From positions 148,676,001-148,740,000 of the forward strand of contig OZ296648.1 in NCBI GenBank assembly GCA_965655095.1: a stretch of DNA of 64,000 nt. The letters run 5' to 3'. Origin of the DNA: Haplodiscus bocki. Its lineage: Eukaryota. Both the position numbers and the translations under genes were made by a program. Positions 25,677-38,224 of this stretch are shown in pieces (the first letter of the stretch is position 1; each line of letters begins with the position of its first letter). The notes beneath the pieces are model-generated. The model did not search any database. It worked only from the letters and a program-made list of their open reading frames with translations, and was not told the DNA's origin.

Positions 25677-25895
25677 ATGAGCTATAACTGTGAAGTGTCA
25701 GATAATCTTTTCTCCATTTTCCCAACCTGGTCTGTTTTAATTTTCAGCTTAATCTTTATATTGGGCGCTTTGATTTCATTCATTACAGGCGCTTCATTTG
25801 GCATAATAGTTAACTGGGTCTTAGATTTTAGCCAGAGCATTCTCCACTCCAATCGACAGAGAATCCGCACACAAGAAATATTTCGCCTAGTTTGA
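25677..25895 (+). CDS. Small hydrophobic (putative membrane) protein directly after the PBS
   Basis: ATG-initiated 72-aa ORF with the hydrophobic stretch WSVLIFSLIFILGALISFITGASFGIIVNWVL. Confidence 0.5.
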   Translation: MSYNCEVSDNLFSIFPTWSVLIFSLIFILGALISFITGASFGIIVNWVLDFSQSILHSNRQRIRTQEIFRLV

Positions 25896-25922
25896 ACGAG
25901 CAATTTGACGACTTATTGGTTG

Positions 25923-26256
25923 ATGCCTCTGGAACTTGGGAACGACCCTAATCAGCACTGGTACTTCTCTGAATACAACGAATAAAAACATTTTTTTCCT
26001 ATTCTGCCCGTGGACGTTAGAAACCCCAACTGAACAATTGAAAGTGATAGTTACGAGGATTGATTTCACTCTCAAAAGACAGTTCCGACTCCGATTACAA
26101 GTTTATCCTGAAGGAGAACCCCTATTCAGTAAATTTATTACATTGACGAGATTCCACGAACATTTGGCCTCAGCAATCGCCGCTATTCTACATTATCACG
26201 AATTTCCAGAACTCGGGTTTCCCGAAGTGGATTTGCAGTTCTCAATTCACTCCTAA
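25923..26256 (+). pseudogene. Pre-gag accessory ORF, paralogue 1
   Basis: MPLELG..(stop/frameshift)..FCPWTLETP..LKVIVTRIDFT..FRLRLQVYPEGEP..HEHL..HEFPEL. Confidence 0.6.
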
Positions 26257-26329
26257 CTGACCCAGTGGTGAATCAATATTCCTAGATAACCCTAATTGAA
26301 TCTTCAATATAAATTCACGTTAACACTTG

Positions 26330-26656
26330 ATGCCTAAAAAATTTGAAAGTTCGATGACGCACTTGGACGAGCTACCCGAGGAAGAGTGCAAGCATATTCC
26401 ACTAAATTGCATCTGGCCCATCACCTCCGAACACACGAACCTAACGGTCATCATAACCTGTTTAAAATGGACCTTCAATTTTGAATTTTGCGTACGAGTA
26501 ACAGCCTATCAACTGGGAGCACCGAACATTTATAAATAAACAGATCTAGAAGATCATCATCCTTTGCTTCGACCCTTAACTGACGCACTCCATTTATACG
26601 AAGCTTTCCCCGAACTCATTTGAATTCCCATTGACTCGAAATCTTGGAAAAGCTAA
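26330..26656 (+). pseudogene. Pre-gag accessory ORF, paralogue 2
   Basis: MPKKFE..EEECKHIPLNCIWPIT..VIITCLKWTFN..VRVTAYQLGAPNI..HHPLL..EAFPEL, with in-frame stops. Confidence 0.65.
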
Positions 26657-26692
26657 TGGAATATCTGTATTTCAAATTCTTTCAGAAATTAA

Positions 26693-27034
26693 ATGCCACA
26701 AAACTTTGAGAACTTTCCACCAAATTGGGATGCTATGGAAGAAGAATGCCAATATGTTCCGCTGACTTGTCCGTGGACCATTACTTGTAAAGACGGAACC
26801 GTGGAATTCATTATTACGAGTTTGCAATGGACTTTCAACTAAGATTTTTGGATAAGAGTTATTGCCCATTCAGAAGGAAACCCGAATATTTCGGAGCAAA
26901 TTAACATTGATAAACATCACCCTTCACTCGAATCTTTATCTGAGGCGCTAAACGATTACGTGAAAGTTCCCGAACCCAACTTAAACTCTCTCCAACTTCA
27001 CATTCTTGGAGAACTATTAGACTTCTTGTTTTGA
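26693..27034 (+). pseudogene. Pre-gag accessory ORF, paralogue 3
   Basis: MPQNFE..EEECQYVPLTCPWTIT..FIITSLQWTFN*..IRVIAHSEGNPNI..HHPSL..KVPEP, with one in-frame stop. Confidence 0.65.
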
Positions 27035-27052
27035 GAAGATACATTCTCCAAA

Positions 27053-28477
27053 ATAGCCAATGCTCACCTAGCTTATCCAAACTTGGCACTGGACAATTTT
27101 TCTGGCACGGGTCCAGACGAAGACGCAGAAGCGTTCATCCGTTTAATAGAGTGCAAGATTAATTTTGCTCTTGGAGCCGAACCTGAAGCCGCTGCAGACG
27201 AACATGCTATCCATTTATTCAGAAAGAAAGCTCTACTTTCTTCATTGCTAAGAGGACCAGCAGCTGAGTGGTATGGGAGCACTATTACGGATGCTATGAC
27301 TTAGAATGATGTTCGAACATTGTTCATAACAAAATTTTTAGATGGAAGAAACAAATTTGGACACAGAATGGAAGTTGAACATTGTATACGAGCTGATGGA
27401 AAAGAGATTTGAAACTTCCTTCACCGAATAAAGAAGACAGTGGACAAGGGCTGGCCTGACGATATGGTTGGAATCGCTCTCGGCGACCAGAATGCTGAAC
27501 GCACCGCACAAGTGCAGCAAAGAAGACAAAGATATTTTGGTTACACACTAAAGGGACTCAGACCACGATATCTACAACGAAAGGCTCAAGAATTTTTAAT
27601 GGAACATCCAAATGCTACTTGGAATGATTTTTCAACCCACTTAACTAATAAAGTCGTATCTTACCAAGTCTCTACTAGCTTTCAAAATGACGAAGAACAG
27701 AACACGGCTCAAATGGCCTCATTGGGACAAGAACTGAAAAACCTACGAACTGAGTTGAAGGAACAGAGAATAAACGCTTTAGGAGGAAACCAGAGAACTG
27801 TTGACCCTAACCAAAAGGGAAGACAGAATTCTACAAGATGTTGTGGGAATTGTCGGACCAATGGACACACTCCTAATAACTGCAGAAAGAAGATACGAGA
27901 TGAAGAAATCCAGAAGTTGCAGAATGAAACCACAGCAGAGAAAAAGGTTACGTTCAGCCAAGATTACAACAAGAAGCGAGGACCCTCCCACGGATCTGGG
28001 AACTGGACTAGACGGAACGATGACAATGGTTCTATGATGTCAACTCCACGATCATTTACTAGAGGAAATTTCCGGCCAAGTAATCGGAATTCTAACAACT
28101 TCAGACAAAGTAGACCTTTCGAACGACGAGACTACCCGACTAACAACAATATTCAGTATAATGACCACAGAGCAAACTCACCATACCGGTCAAACCAGGA
28201 CCAATCCAGGAATTGGGGAAGTAACAATAACTATTCACGATCGCCTTCAACCTCACGACAAGATTCCTCTTTCACGGATTTCCGCAATCAACCCCGATCA
28301 AATTCTTCCAACCCTTCAGTGTTTAACCGGTTTTGAAATGGAGACCTGAGCAACAATATACCCTACGACAAGAAATTTCCAACTTCTAACAACGGTAACC
28401 AACCAAACGTAGTTCGATTCACTACAACAGACGATGAAATTAGTTCGTTATCGGAACTGTGCCCTTTAAACTACTGA
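27053..28477 (+). pseudogene. gag: gag (capsid, zinc knuckle, Asn/Arg-rich tail)
   Basis: One frame: (ATA in place of ATG)ANAHLAYPNLALDNFSG..LRGPAAEWY..GLRP..CGNCRTNGHTPNNC..LCPLNY*; several premature stops. Confidence 0.9.
28465..28471 (+). promoter_or_regulatory. -1 ribosomal frameshift slippery site T TTA AAC
   Basis: X XXY YYZ heptamer in the gag frame just before the gag stop; pol opens in the -1 frame. Confidence 0.8.
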
Positions 28478-31400
28478 GGTCTACAAGCTCAGCTACTGAC
28501 CAGTCCAAGAATTCAAGACTCAGCTTCAACTATTTCTACTTCGCCACCGGAGACACTCAAAAAGATAGTGGCTTAGGAATTGAATTCATGTTACATACTG
28601 GAGCTTCCAGCTCAATCATCAACTACCGAACTTATTGGGAAATCTGCCAAACCCAACATCCAATCACGCTGAAAAGAAGCACTACGCAAACAAGGACTTA
28701 TTTTGGTCAAGTTGTACCTATGATTGGCTTTGCAACACTAACATTCAGTTGCGACCCGGATGGACAATTTTCACTTCCTTTGACCGTCTGGATAACCGAA
28801 ATGAAAACTCAGAACCTTCTCGGCATGGACTTTTGTCAACAGCAAGTATCCGGTATTCACTTCGATTTACCCGGAAGTTAATTTAAAGAGCCACCAAATA
28901 CTGTGTGTTATGGAAGCCTGCATCAGAACAAATCGTATCCTTTCATTTCGCAAATCCTAACAATACGAACTCCGCATGCAATGCACATTGAAGCCAAGAG
29001 CGCAAGATGCTGGAAGTATTCTCCCGAAGATCCCAATGCTCATTTCCCTCCTTAATCAACTTTTCACCAAAATCGCAAAGCTGTTGCTACGGGACTATCA
29101 TTTGTCAATGCGCTATGCACCAAATCAGAATCAAACCTACCTATACTAATGGAAAATAACAAGAACCACCGAATTACCTTGCCTAAAGGCCGAAGTGGCT
29201 TTTCATCATTAGACGTCTCCGACAAAGAAAAACCAAAAAATCAAATACGAGATCCTTACGAGCTGACCAATGCAATTCTTTCAAAAAATGAACAGTACAA
29301 CGATTGTTTCCTACTACATTCTACAATTCTTTCCCAGTTACCCGACGAAATCTTGCAAATAGTCTATGGTAACGAAATTTTGATTTTGAAGACATAACGT
29401 TTTTCTTTCTGAAGAAAGTAAAGTTCCTGGGACACGTTATTTCACCAGATGGGATTCAACTGATAGCAAAACGCGTAGACGCCTTACGGAACCTCAAGTC
29501 GCCCCAGAGTAAGCGAGATGTATGTGTGAAAGTCTTGGGATGTATTGGTTTCTGCAGCTGCTATATTAAGAACTTACCTGTTGATAGTCAGCCGTTTTAT
29601 GACCGCCTAAAAGATTCTACACCAGTCCACTGGACTGAAAAACACAAAACTTTGTTTAACTCTATTAAGGAACCAATTCACAAAGATACAATTCTAGCAG
29701 TTTCTTCTACCGATTACCCGTTTCTTATTCACGTGGACTCTTCAAATGTTGGTACAGGTTGTATTCTTATCCAACAATTCCCTGAGGGAAAGAGAATTAT
29801 CTCGTTCAACTCGCGTGTATTTGACAAAGCAGAACAGAAAATGTCCACTCATCGAGAACTATGTGTAATCGTAACATCTCTCCAGACGTACAAACACTAC
29901 AATATTGGATCACCATTTCCCATTTATCTCTATTGTGATCATAAACCAATTCTTTTTTATGGGGACACAAAGGACAACTATGGCATCGCTTCTTCCGATA
30001 TCAGGTGATCATTACAAAATTCCAAAGTTTGAAGATCATTTGGACTCCGAGATCCAACTTATCATTTCCAGATTTTCTCAGCCGAAACATCACGATCGAA
30101 GAATATCAGATGTACCACTTGCAACATAAACGTTTTCCGAATGATATTGGGCTTTCGATGAGAAGGGAACTCCAGTCTCATATCAAATTCAGCATGAGGA
30201 CAACCCTAACGATACTTTCAACGACTTTTACCCAATCAGGTACAAGCGAGGCAACGAAGAAAAAGTATTACGATTACAAAGTGACGGCGAAGATTTTATC
30301 GTCAGTAGCCTACTTGACGAATTCCCAATGAATTCAATTCAACAAGCTTCTGACTGCTTCCGAATGGGACGATTTATCAACCAGTTTAGAAGAATGTGTG
30401 GCCCAGAGGCTCAATCAAAGCTATCCGTTAACACATCCGATACTGACTATAGTTCAATTGACTCCTTTAGTTCGTCTGCAGATGACACAGCAGATCCAAC
30501 CAGTTACTGGGATGCCTCATGCCACATCCGTACGGACTCCGAAGATGGAAGATGACAAAATCGTTTGTGATATTAGTATTCAAGCTGATAAACCCCGACT
30601 CTTTCAAGCCAAACAAGCTCACGAATTCGTGCTCGGGAAAACCGATGCTTCTCTAGCCAAGAAACTCCTAACAATCTCTGAGGCTCCACATCTAGACACC
30701 AAAGCATTGATTCGGAAACTTGACGAAGTTGCGAAGACAGTAGATCTCGATGTATCAACCATTCTCACAGAACAAATGAAGGACCCAATTCTTGGTACTG
30801 TACGTTCTTGGATTCGTAAGAACACTCCTTCCGATACTAAAGGTCCGGAGATACAACAGTCAAAAGGTCTGCTACGATAATGCCAAGAATTCAACAGACT
30901 TCTTATCAAAGAAGAAGGACAGCTCCTTTGCTATATTGAACAGTCAGACAAACTAGAAGAGGAGAATCTCCGTATTTGTCTCCCTTTATCCCTATTCCTT
31001 GCATGCTTTCGACTGGGACGCTACAACGAAAAAGGTGGGCACATGGGAGCAACTAAAACTTATGCCAATGCCAAGAGATTTTACTATTGGCCTGGAATGT
31101 TTGATTGGATATGTGCTTTGACAGCAGATTGATTTACCTGCCAGAACAACAAACCTAAACCGAAGCATGGAAACGAAATTCCACTCGAAGAATGGCAAAA
31201 CGAAACAGTTCCTTTCCGCACCATACACATCGATCACAAGGGACCCATTCACCCGACTAGTGCTAGTAATGTGCATTGTCTTTAAATCGTTGATGCATTC
31301 TCTCGATTTTTGATGGTCTATCCAGTCCGTAATATAACAGCCCTAGCAACTATTTTAGTTGTTGAAAAGAGGACTCTTTCTTTTGGAATCCCACAATCAA

Positions 31401-32640
31401 TCATCCATGATCGAGGTACTGCTTTCATCAATACAGTTCATCAATTGGACCAAAGACTTGGAATTACAATAAGACCTCGTACAGCTTATTCACCCTGGAA
31501 AAACGGTAAAATTGAAACCCAGAACCAACATATTCCTCGATACTGGCGAAGCTTTCCTAATGATGCCGGAAATAACTGGTCTTCACTAGCACCGAAATTT
31601 GCATTCGCCCACAACACAAGTGTCAACTAGACAACTGGAAAAACCCCATATGAAGTTGTATTTTGGACCACACCTCAAATATCTATGTCCTTCAAACTGG
31701 GACTTTATCGGAATAAACACAAACTTTGCTGTTTAAAATTCTGTGAAAACCTTCCTTCTCATTCTCATCGTGAGAACAGTTTGAAGAACGAGTTGTTGGA
31801 CAACCTATTTCAACCGCAGTTGTCACAAACTCTCTTAGGGTGAGAACGAACCTTCAAGCAAATCTATTCATCAACCTTCGAACGAAGCCGAGAACAGACA
31901 GCACGATCACACGCCTATCGCAATCGCTTCAAGTTGGGACACCACCTTGAGATAGTACAGAAAGTACTCTACGAAAATCACAAGCAAGATCTCACACGGA
32001 GCCAAAAACTTCAACAACGAAGACTTGGACCCTTTACCGTTACCAAGCGTATCATGGATACCACCTATCAAATTCAAGACGATAAAGACCCCACATTTAT
32101 CAAAACTGTCCATAGAAACTACCTTGTTGAATACTATCCTAAAGAAGGATCTCTACCCGCAATGATAGAAGAATATGTACCTTCTGATCATCAGAATGAC
32201 AATTGCCACGGGCGTTTCATGGAGCAACGCAACCGGGATTTGAATAACCCAAACACAACAGAAGAGCTTGATTCCTTCCCAATCCCAATAGAACCGTTAC
32301 GATCTATTTCGTCCACAAACAAGCCGAAACGTTCTAGTATGCATAGTAACGATTCTGGACTTACTTCTCCACTTGCTTCCTCTTGCACCCCTGTGCTATC
32401 ACCTGCAATTCCTACGGAAACATCAATTCCCATCAATCTTCTTCTCAACAATCACAAACTGATCAATTGTTGCCCGGGAACATCTCAGTCCAATTCAACA
32501 ATTTATTCGCATTAGTGCAATCCGCATGGCCAGAAATGGCGTCAAATCGCGCTCTAAAGAGCCCAAATACAAATTCTCTCAGACAAAATACCCGGATTCT
32601 CAGTCAGTGTTGAGGACAATCACTCAACAGGGCTATAAAC
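28465..32640 (+). pseudogene. pol: pol: protease, spacer, RT (core deleted), RNase H, integrase
   Basis: FMLHTGASS (mutated D-T-G), KVKFLGHVISPDG, HVDSSNVGTGCIL..RELC..YCDHKPI, GHMG..WPGM..CQ, IDHKGP, HDRGT, NGKIE, LGPF. Many stops and frameshifts. Confidence 0.92.
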
Positions 32641-32978
32641 TTTGATCCCCTTTTTACTATCGCCACATTTTTGTAACTTTTATATTACCTGCACAACTAT
32701 TTTCTACTCGAGAATTTTGCTTTTATTTGATTTCTGATTACTTTGAGCACGATGGCTGCGATTCTCCAATGCGGACGATTCATTTTCCTCTCTACTCGCT
32801 AATTCAACTCCTGGTTTATATCTCCTACAATTTTACAAATAATTACGAAAAAGCCAAAAATACTTTTATTTGTTGTGCAATTCCAAAGAAGAAAACCGCA
32901 CAGTACGCTACTGCACAAGACATATAAAAATGCCGCCGAGGGCTACAAGGCCCCCGACGACAGGCGGAGTCGAGCGAC

Positions 32979-33479
32979 TTACTCTATTTCGGGAAAGCCG
33001 CCCGACTCCGCCAACATACGTAATTTTTCTGTCCTCTCTCCAACGGCCCAAGTTTCATAATGGCTACGGAGGCGATATTTATTAAAGCCCGTCAGCTTGG
33101 CATATCCAACAATATACGCCAGCATCCGCTCGAACAGCGGCTCAGCTGCAAGCTGGAGGAACTTCGCCTGCCACTGAGGCCCGTGACGCTCTTGTAGATA
33201 CGCTGAAAAATTCTGGGAGATTATGGGAGCCTCCACGACATATCCCAACTCATTAACTCTATTTCTCGTCTCCTGGCCCCAATTTTTTAATTCTATTACG
33301 TCAGTGCGAGTGTAATAATTCCTGAAGTTATTCCCATCGTCGGGAAGTTCCCATCCATGCGACAGTTCCAGCTCCGGGATCGGAGGAGGAGGAACGGGCG
33401 AAGGAGCCTCTGGCTGAGGAGGAGGCGATTCAGGTGACTCTAAGTTCATATTTACCTGGATATTCAGAGGCGCTGCCAC
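32979..33479 (-). CDS. Antisense accessory ORF with proline-rich N-terminus, unknown function
   Basis: Uninterrupted 166-codon frame (first ATG at 33449) in a GC-richer block between pol and env; the composition looks protein-like. Confidence 0.55.
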   Translation of the reverse strand: MAAPLNIQVNMNLESPESPPPQPEAPSPVPPPPIPELELSHGWELPDDGNNFRNYYTRTDVIELKNWGQETRNRVNELGYVVEAPIISQNFSAYLQERHGPQWQAKFLQLAAEPLFERMLAYIVGYAKLTGFNKYRLRSHYETWAVGERTEKLRMLAESGGFPEIE

Positions 33480-34054
33480 CTCTTGTTCTTTATTCGATTT
33501 TTCCTCGAAATAGGAATCTGAATTGCTTTCCTTCCTGCAAACAATTCATATTACTCATTGGAAGTTACGACCCGCCTGCTCCTAATGTGACGCGTCTATC
33601 CTATTCAGAACAAAGCTGCTTCACTTTGCCGACAGCCCGATGATAAGAAATCAGCGTGCTCCCGACAAGAGATAGCACGACACTAGTCCAGAACCAAAAA
33701 CAGTGCTCAAGGATTATCCCACATTTGTTGTTCTGAATTTTGTCCTACAATTACCAACGCCTATTTTACCCCTCTAACCCCCGGAAGGCCCTGCAGTGAC
33801 GAGCACAGCAGAACGAAGAAAAGGAAGAGGATGCCACCAAAACTATTATACACATTTTATTCATTTTATTTGATTTGAATTTTTTTTTGATTAATCTTAC
33901 GAAAAACTTAATTCCTTAAATTCCTCAATTATATAGTACATAGTTACTATAAAGAGTGAATATATCGTAGCAATGAAATAACTGAAAAATACATTCTCAG
34001 ATTTGCTATGACCGATGTATGTCAAAACTGACGGAGAATTGAAGTCAATAAAAT

Positions 34055-34939
34055 GAAATGAGCTGGAATCCGACGCAACAACGATCCTCATTCACACCAT
34101 AACAGACGAACACCTGGAAGAGGAATACAAGTGTTTTTCTGACTCCCCTAACTATTACCATCTGCGCTGTTTATTGTCTGCAGACATCTACATAATCAGT
34201 GACGTTATTTGTGGCAACAAGGAGCATATTATTTAAATGACACTCGTACTCCTCCGGATTGACAATCAACTTCAGTGTATTGTGGGCTTAACATTCATCA
34301 CAGGAACCAAAGATTTCATGGTAACAACTCAATCTACTACCAGTGGTCAGATAACAAACTTCATTTGCTCACCCGAATCAACTCATTATCCTTTTATTGA
34401 AGCTATACTCAAGAACCCTCCCCCGAACCACATTAAAAGTGAGAACGGGAAATTTTAAACGACTGTTCGCAACAAGCATTTTTATTCCAGAAGACCTGGA
34501 GTAAGGAAACTCAGGACTCACTGTTTGAATGCATCAATTAGAAATATCAATCTCGCAGTCACACACAAACACACCACTCAACAGAGTTAATCTCAATTGT
34601 AAGTGGACTTCAAATAAGTTGAGAGAGTGTAAAATCACTAACTTTTTTTGGTTACCCGACGGGAGCCCTTTACAAGTGCGAATAGACCCGGTTGAGAATC
34701 TACCCACTGTAGTTGTTATCCCAATACCTGCCCGCATAGCAGAAGTCGCCAACGTCTTTGTGACCCTCACAATTGCTGGTCGGAACTTGGCCACTCCGAC
34801 TTTGGACACGACGGAAAATCAAGGATTGGTAGATTTCCTGGCGTATATGAAAGCTAACTTTAGGACATACACTGGGGTGTCACTCATCAACCTATTGCAC
34901 GAATTTTGCAATCTTTACGACCTGGAATTCAAAGGATAG
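34055..34939 (+). pseudogene. Unknown accessory ORF(s) upstream of env
   Basis: A frame reading NELESDATTIL..HII*MTLVLL..NGKF* is followed by the 136-aa ORF 34529-34939; this looks like one decayed ~300-codon gene. Confidence 0.45.
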
Positions 34940-35345
34940 ACGAGGAAGGTAAGTGAGTTCTTCAAAACCCCCACGAAGTCTTGACGAAATAACTAATCTG
35001 CTTCACCACTAAACAAAACCCGAATAGTTGGACATAAGTACCAATTGGGAACTGCAAACTATGAAAACCCAAATAGTTGGACGTTCGAGCGAACTGGGGA
35101 CTACAATCATCTTATCTATGGTGGAAGTAAGATAAATTTAATTTTTGGCACTACCGGTTTTAGCCCGGCACCCTTTACAAAAATCTCCACGTGGTTACTA
35201 GAGCAGTGTGGCGACTCTATAAATTTAGTGCTATCGCTTCGTGTTTGTGCCTACGAAGTAGCCGGTAAAATATAATACGGCTGTTCCTTCTCTTTTGGTA
35301 GTTGTGATGAGAAATTCCACTCTACCCTTCCCATTTGCGAAAGCA

Positions 35346-37513
35346 ATGGATGTTAGAAACCAGGTCTTGTTTCTAATTACTTTAGCCAGTTTCACAAACG
35401 GCAAGCTTGAAACAGCTGATCTTCAAAAAATAGCCTCCCAACTCAAAGTGACACATTATGACTGTGGAGAAATGACAGAGAATAAACTCTACACTTTAAA
35501 CCAAGTTTCCAAATGCAACATTGCTCCTGAAAACCTAGAAGTCAGCAGAGCGAAAATCACGATGTACACAAATCTTCTTCGAAAAGAAATCAACGCAACA
35601 GTTTGTACAGTCAAATATCAGAGTGAACAATGGCACTGCGGTTTTGGAGACGACTCAAGCATGGACGCCCATCATACAGGAGGCATAACAATAGACTTAA
35701 CCGTCACAGCATCCCAATGCAGAACCTTGGCGAGAGGAGGTTCAATCACTTCAAAGGATGAGACACTCGAGTTCAAGGAAGGAGTAAAAACAACGGTAGT
35801 TAAACACAAGGATTTTGTTGACAATGGAGCGGACCTCAGCGACAAATACAGAATCGAAGGCGACTCATATGGATGGATAAACCGCAAATAATCTGAAGGT
35901 CATATACAGGACGTCGTGCTTAAAGTACGTACTAAAGAGGGCAAAGTTATGAGCAAAGACGGATTACAATTACCATGCCCTTTGGAAGAACTTGGATGCG
36001 ACACAACTTCATTTGACCCTTACGCATACACATGGGACAATCCTGACAATTCCGTTTTAGCTATTCATCGGAAAGAAGATGTCAACATGATCAAACAAGG
36101 AAAAAGCAAATACTATATTGTCAGTGGACGAAACAACACCAGTCAGTATCTATTCGAGGTAAAAACGAAACCCGAAGTTTTCTGTAACAAACCAGTGCAG
36201 TTATACCCGACTAACTACGATTCCTTATATGTGGTTAACGACTTTGGTGGCTTCGATCTCGCTTCTGGAAAAAGAATGGGATTCTCAGGAGGAACACAGC
36301 ACCTACAATACTACCAGCCTTCAGCTTCGTCTGACAGCAAACTATTCGTACACAAACCTGACTTACCCCATACAGATAATCTTAACCCAGAAACGCCTCA
36401 TTATCTCAACCTAGACTATGAACTCCATCAAGGAACCAAACTGAATTACCTATTTTTCGAAAAGTCAAAGATGCTGAAGGCTCCGAGATCCAACTTTTAC
36501 GGAACCTATGCGAACAAGAAAGAACCCAAATATTAACTAATCTGATGCTTTTAATGGAGAACCCACGTTTAGCTGGTTATATGCTAACTGGGAACCGCTC
36601 CATTTTCCTCAGTACCGATGGCAGCCTCGCTTGGTTATACCACTGCCCTTTGATGAGTTCTCCACCACACGTGATGAACCAATGTTATGATAAAATTCCT
36701 ACCTTCTACAAAAATGAAATATTCTTCGTCGACCCAATCACCCGACAAACACACCCAGATGCTCAAGTTCAAAATTCTTCTGACAGGATAAAGAACCTCT
36801 TTCAATTCGACATATAAGATGAGAACTCCTGGTTCACTATTACACCCTCTCTAGAACACGGGAAATGACCAGCAGTATTTGGACCAAAAGATGTAACTCC
36901 TGTACCCAGAAGAGCTTTTGGCAGAGCAGGAGACGCTGGAATCTACACACGAGCCCAGTTATCTGAATTTTGGGACAATATCTTTATCAGCGCTGCTTCA
37001 AGGAAAGCTTTGCAAAAAAATTGAAAAGAACTCATCCTCCCCGACACAGCAATTCATGGACCAGAACAACATTCTTACTCTGCCACACGAACCGATTTCT
37101 ATGTGGACAACATGATTTCCCCCAGCTACTTCAAGAATCAGTTTATGGACACATTTGGATCAGTTGCCTATGTCTTAGAATTTTGTGGGATATATTTCTC
37201 TTGCTTCCTGTTTATCAAGCTCATCGTTGATCTCATAGTCATGATCTTACGACACATGGAGATTAATCGTCTTAATGGCGCTTCACTTGGATTTGGCAAG
37301 ACACTCCTAAGCGCTTCTTACAATTTGCTTTTGACGTCTATTTTAACGTCAGTATTCAATCCCCAAGCTCCTCTTTTGCAGGCATTGGAGCCCGAACCAA
37401 GGCCTACAAGAGTAGAAGACGAGACTACAGATCCAGTAGACGAAAATAAGAAAAAGGAAGAGCACCTTTATCCGATTGTTCAATGCTCCACTACAGCTCT
37501 TTCCCTTGTTTAA
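35346..37513 (+). pseudogene. env: env: class III fusion glycoprotein (chuvirus G / herpesvirus gB-like)
   Basis: Signal peptide MDVRNQVLFLITLASFTNG; HYDCG..LYTL..C, VC..WHCG, QC; NPRLAGY..DGSLAWLYHCP..QCYDKIP..FFVDPITR; C-terminal TM VAYVLEFCGIYFSCFLFIKLIVDLIVMIL. About 720 codons with stops and frameshifts. Confidence 0.85.
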
Positions 37514-37555
37514 TTAGGATAATATGGGCGTTATCCTGACAAATTTTCTATTAAT

Positions 37556-38220
37556 TTGAAAATTTCAATTTTTTTATATATTGCTTTTTATAAGTCAGAC
37601 GACCAACCACTCCCTTTGCTGGAACACGACGAACTCGATGCGCTGCTCAGCGGAATTGACTGGGACCAACCCTTATCTCCACTTGATTTAAATTTGCCAA
37701 CGGACCCAGATACTATAACCCTTGTTTGTTCTTCCTCTCCTATCTTTCTAGTTGTTTTGCCGAACCAGCCACCAAATCCGTTGCTCGACAAATTCCTTCA
37801 ATCCCTAACAAATACACCAATTCAATTTTCAGATCACCCTACCACCTCTCGGCAAGAGTCTCGAGTCAAAATTCTATTGCCTTCATTGTGTAGTTCCGAA
37901 GCTCATTCTATTAAAACCCAATCGGAGGAATCACATTCTAATCCCTCTTCGCCATGACGACTCCGCTCTAATTCAACAGCTCTGGGAACAGCGACTCAGG
38001 ACGCTAGAGCATATCTTTCACGACATAATCGATTCCAATTAAATCAGAAAATTTTCAGACAGAAGCAAAGGGAAAGGCTTAAAAATCTGTCAGAAGACGT
38101 CGATACAACACCTGTCTACATTATCAGCTAACTAACGCTTTTTCTTCTTGGGAAATTGTGTTTTGGGATTATAAAAGACAAGAATATACCATCCAGAAGA
38201 CGGTTTTATCCTCACAGAGA
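37556..38220 (+). pseudogene. Low-complexity Pro/Ser/Leu-rich ORF remnant, possibly the N-terminus of the TRAF ORF
   Basis: ORF 37556-37957 continues in frame past a TGA; there is no recognisable motif. Confidence 0.35.
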
Positions 38221-38224
38221 TTAG

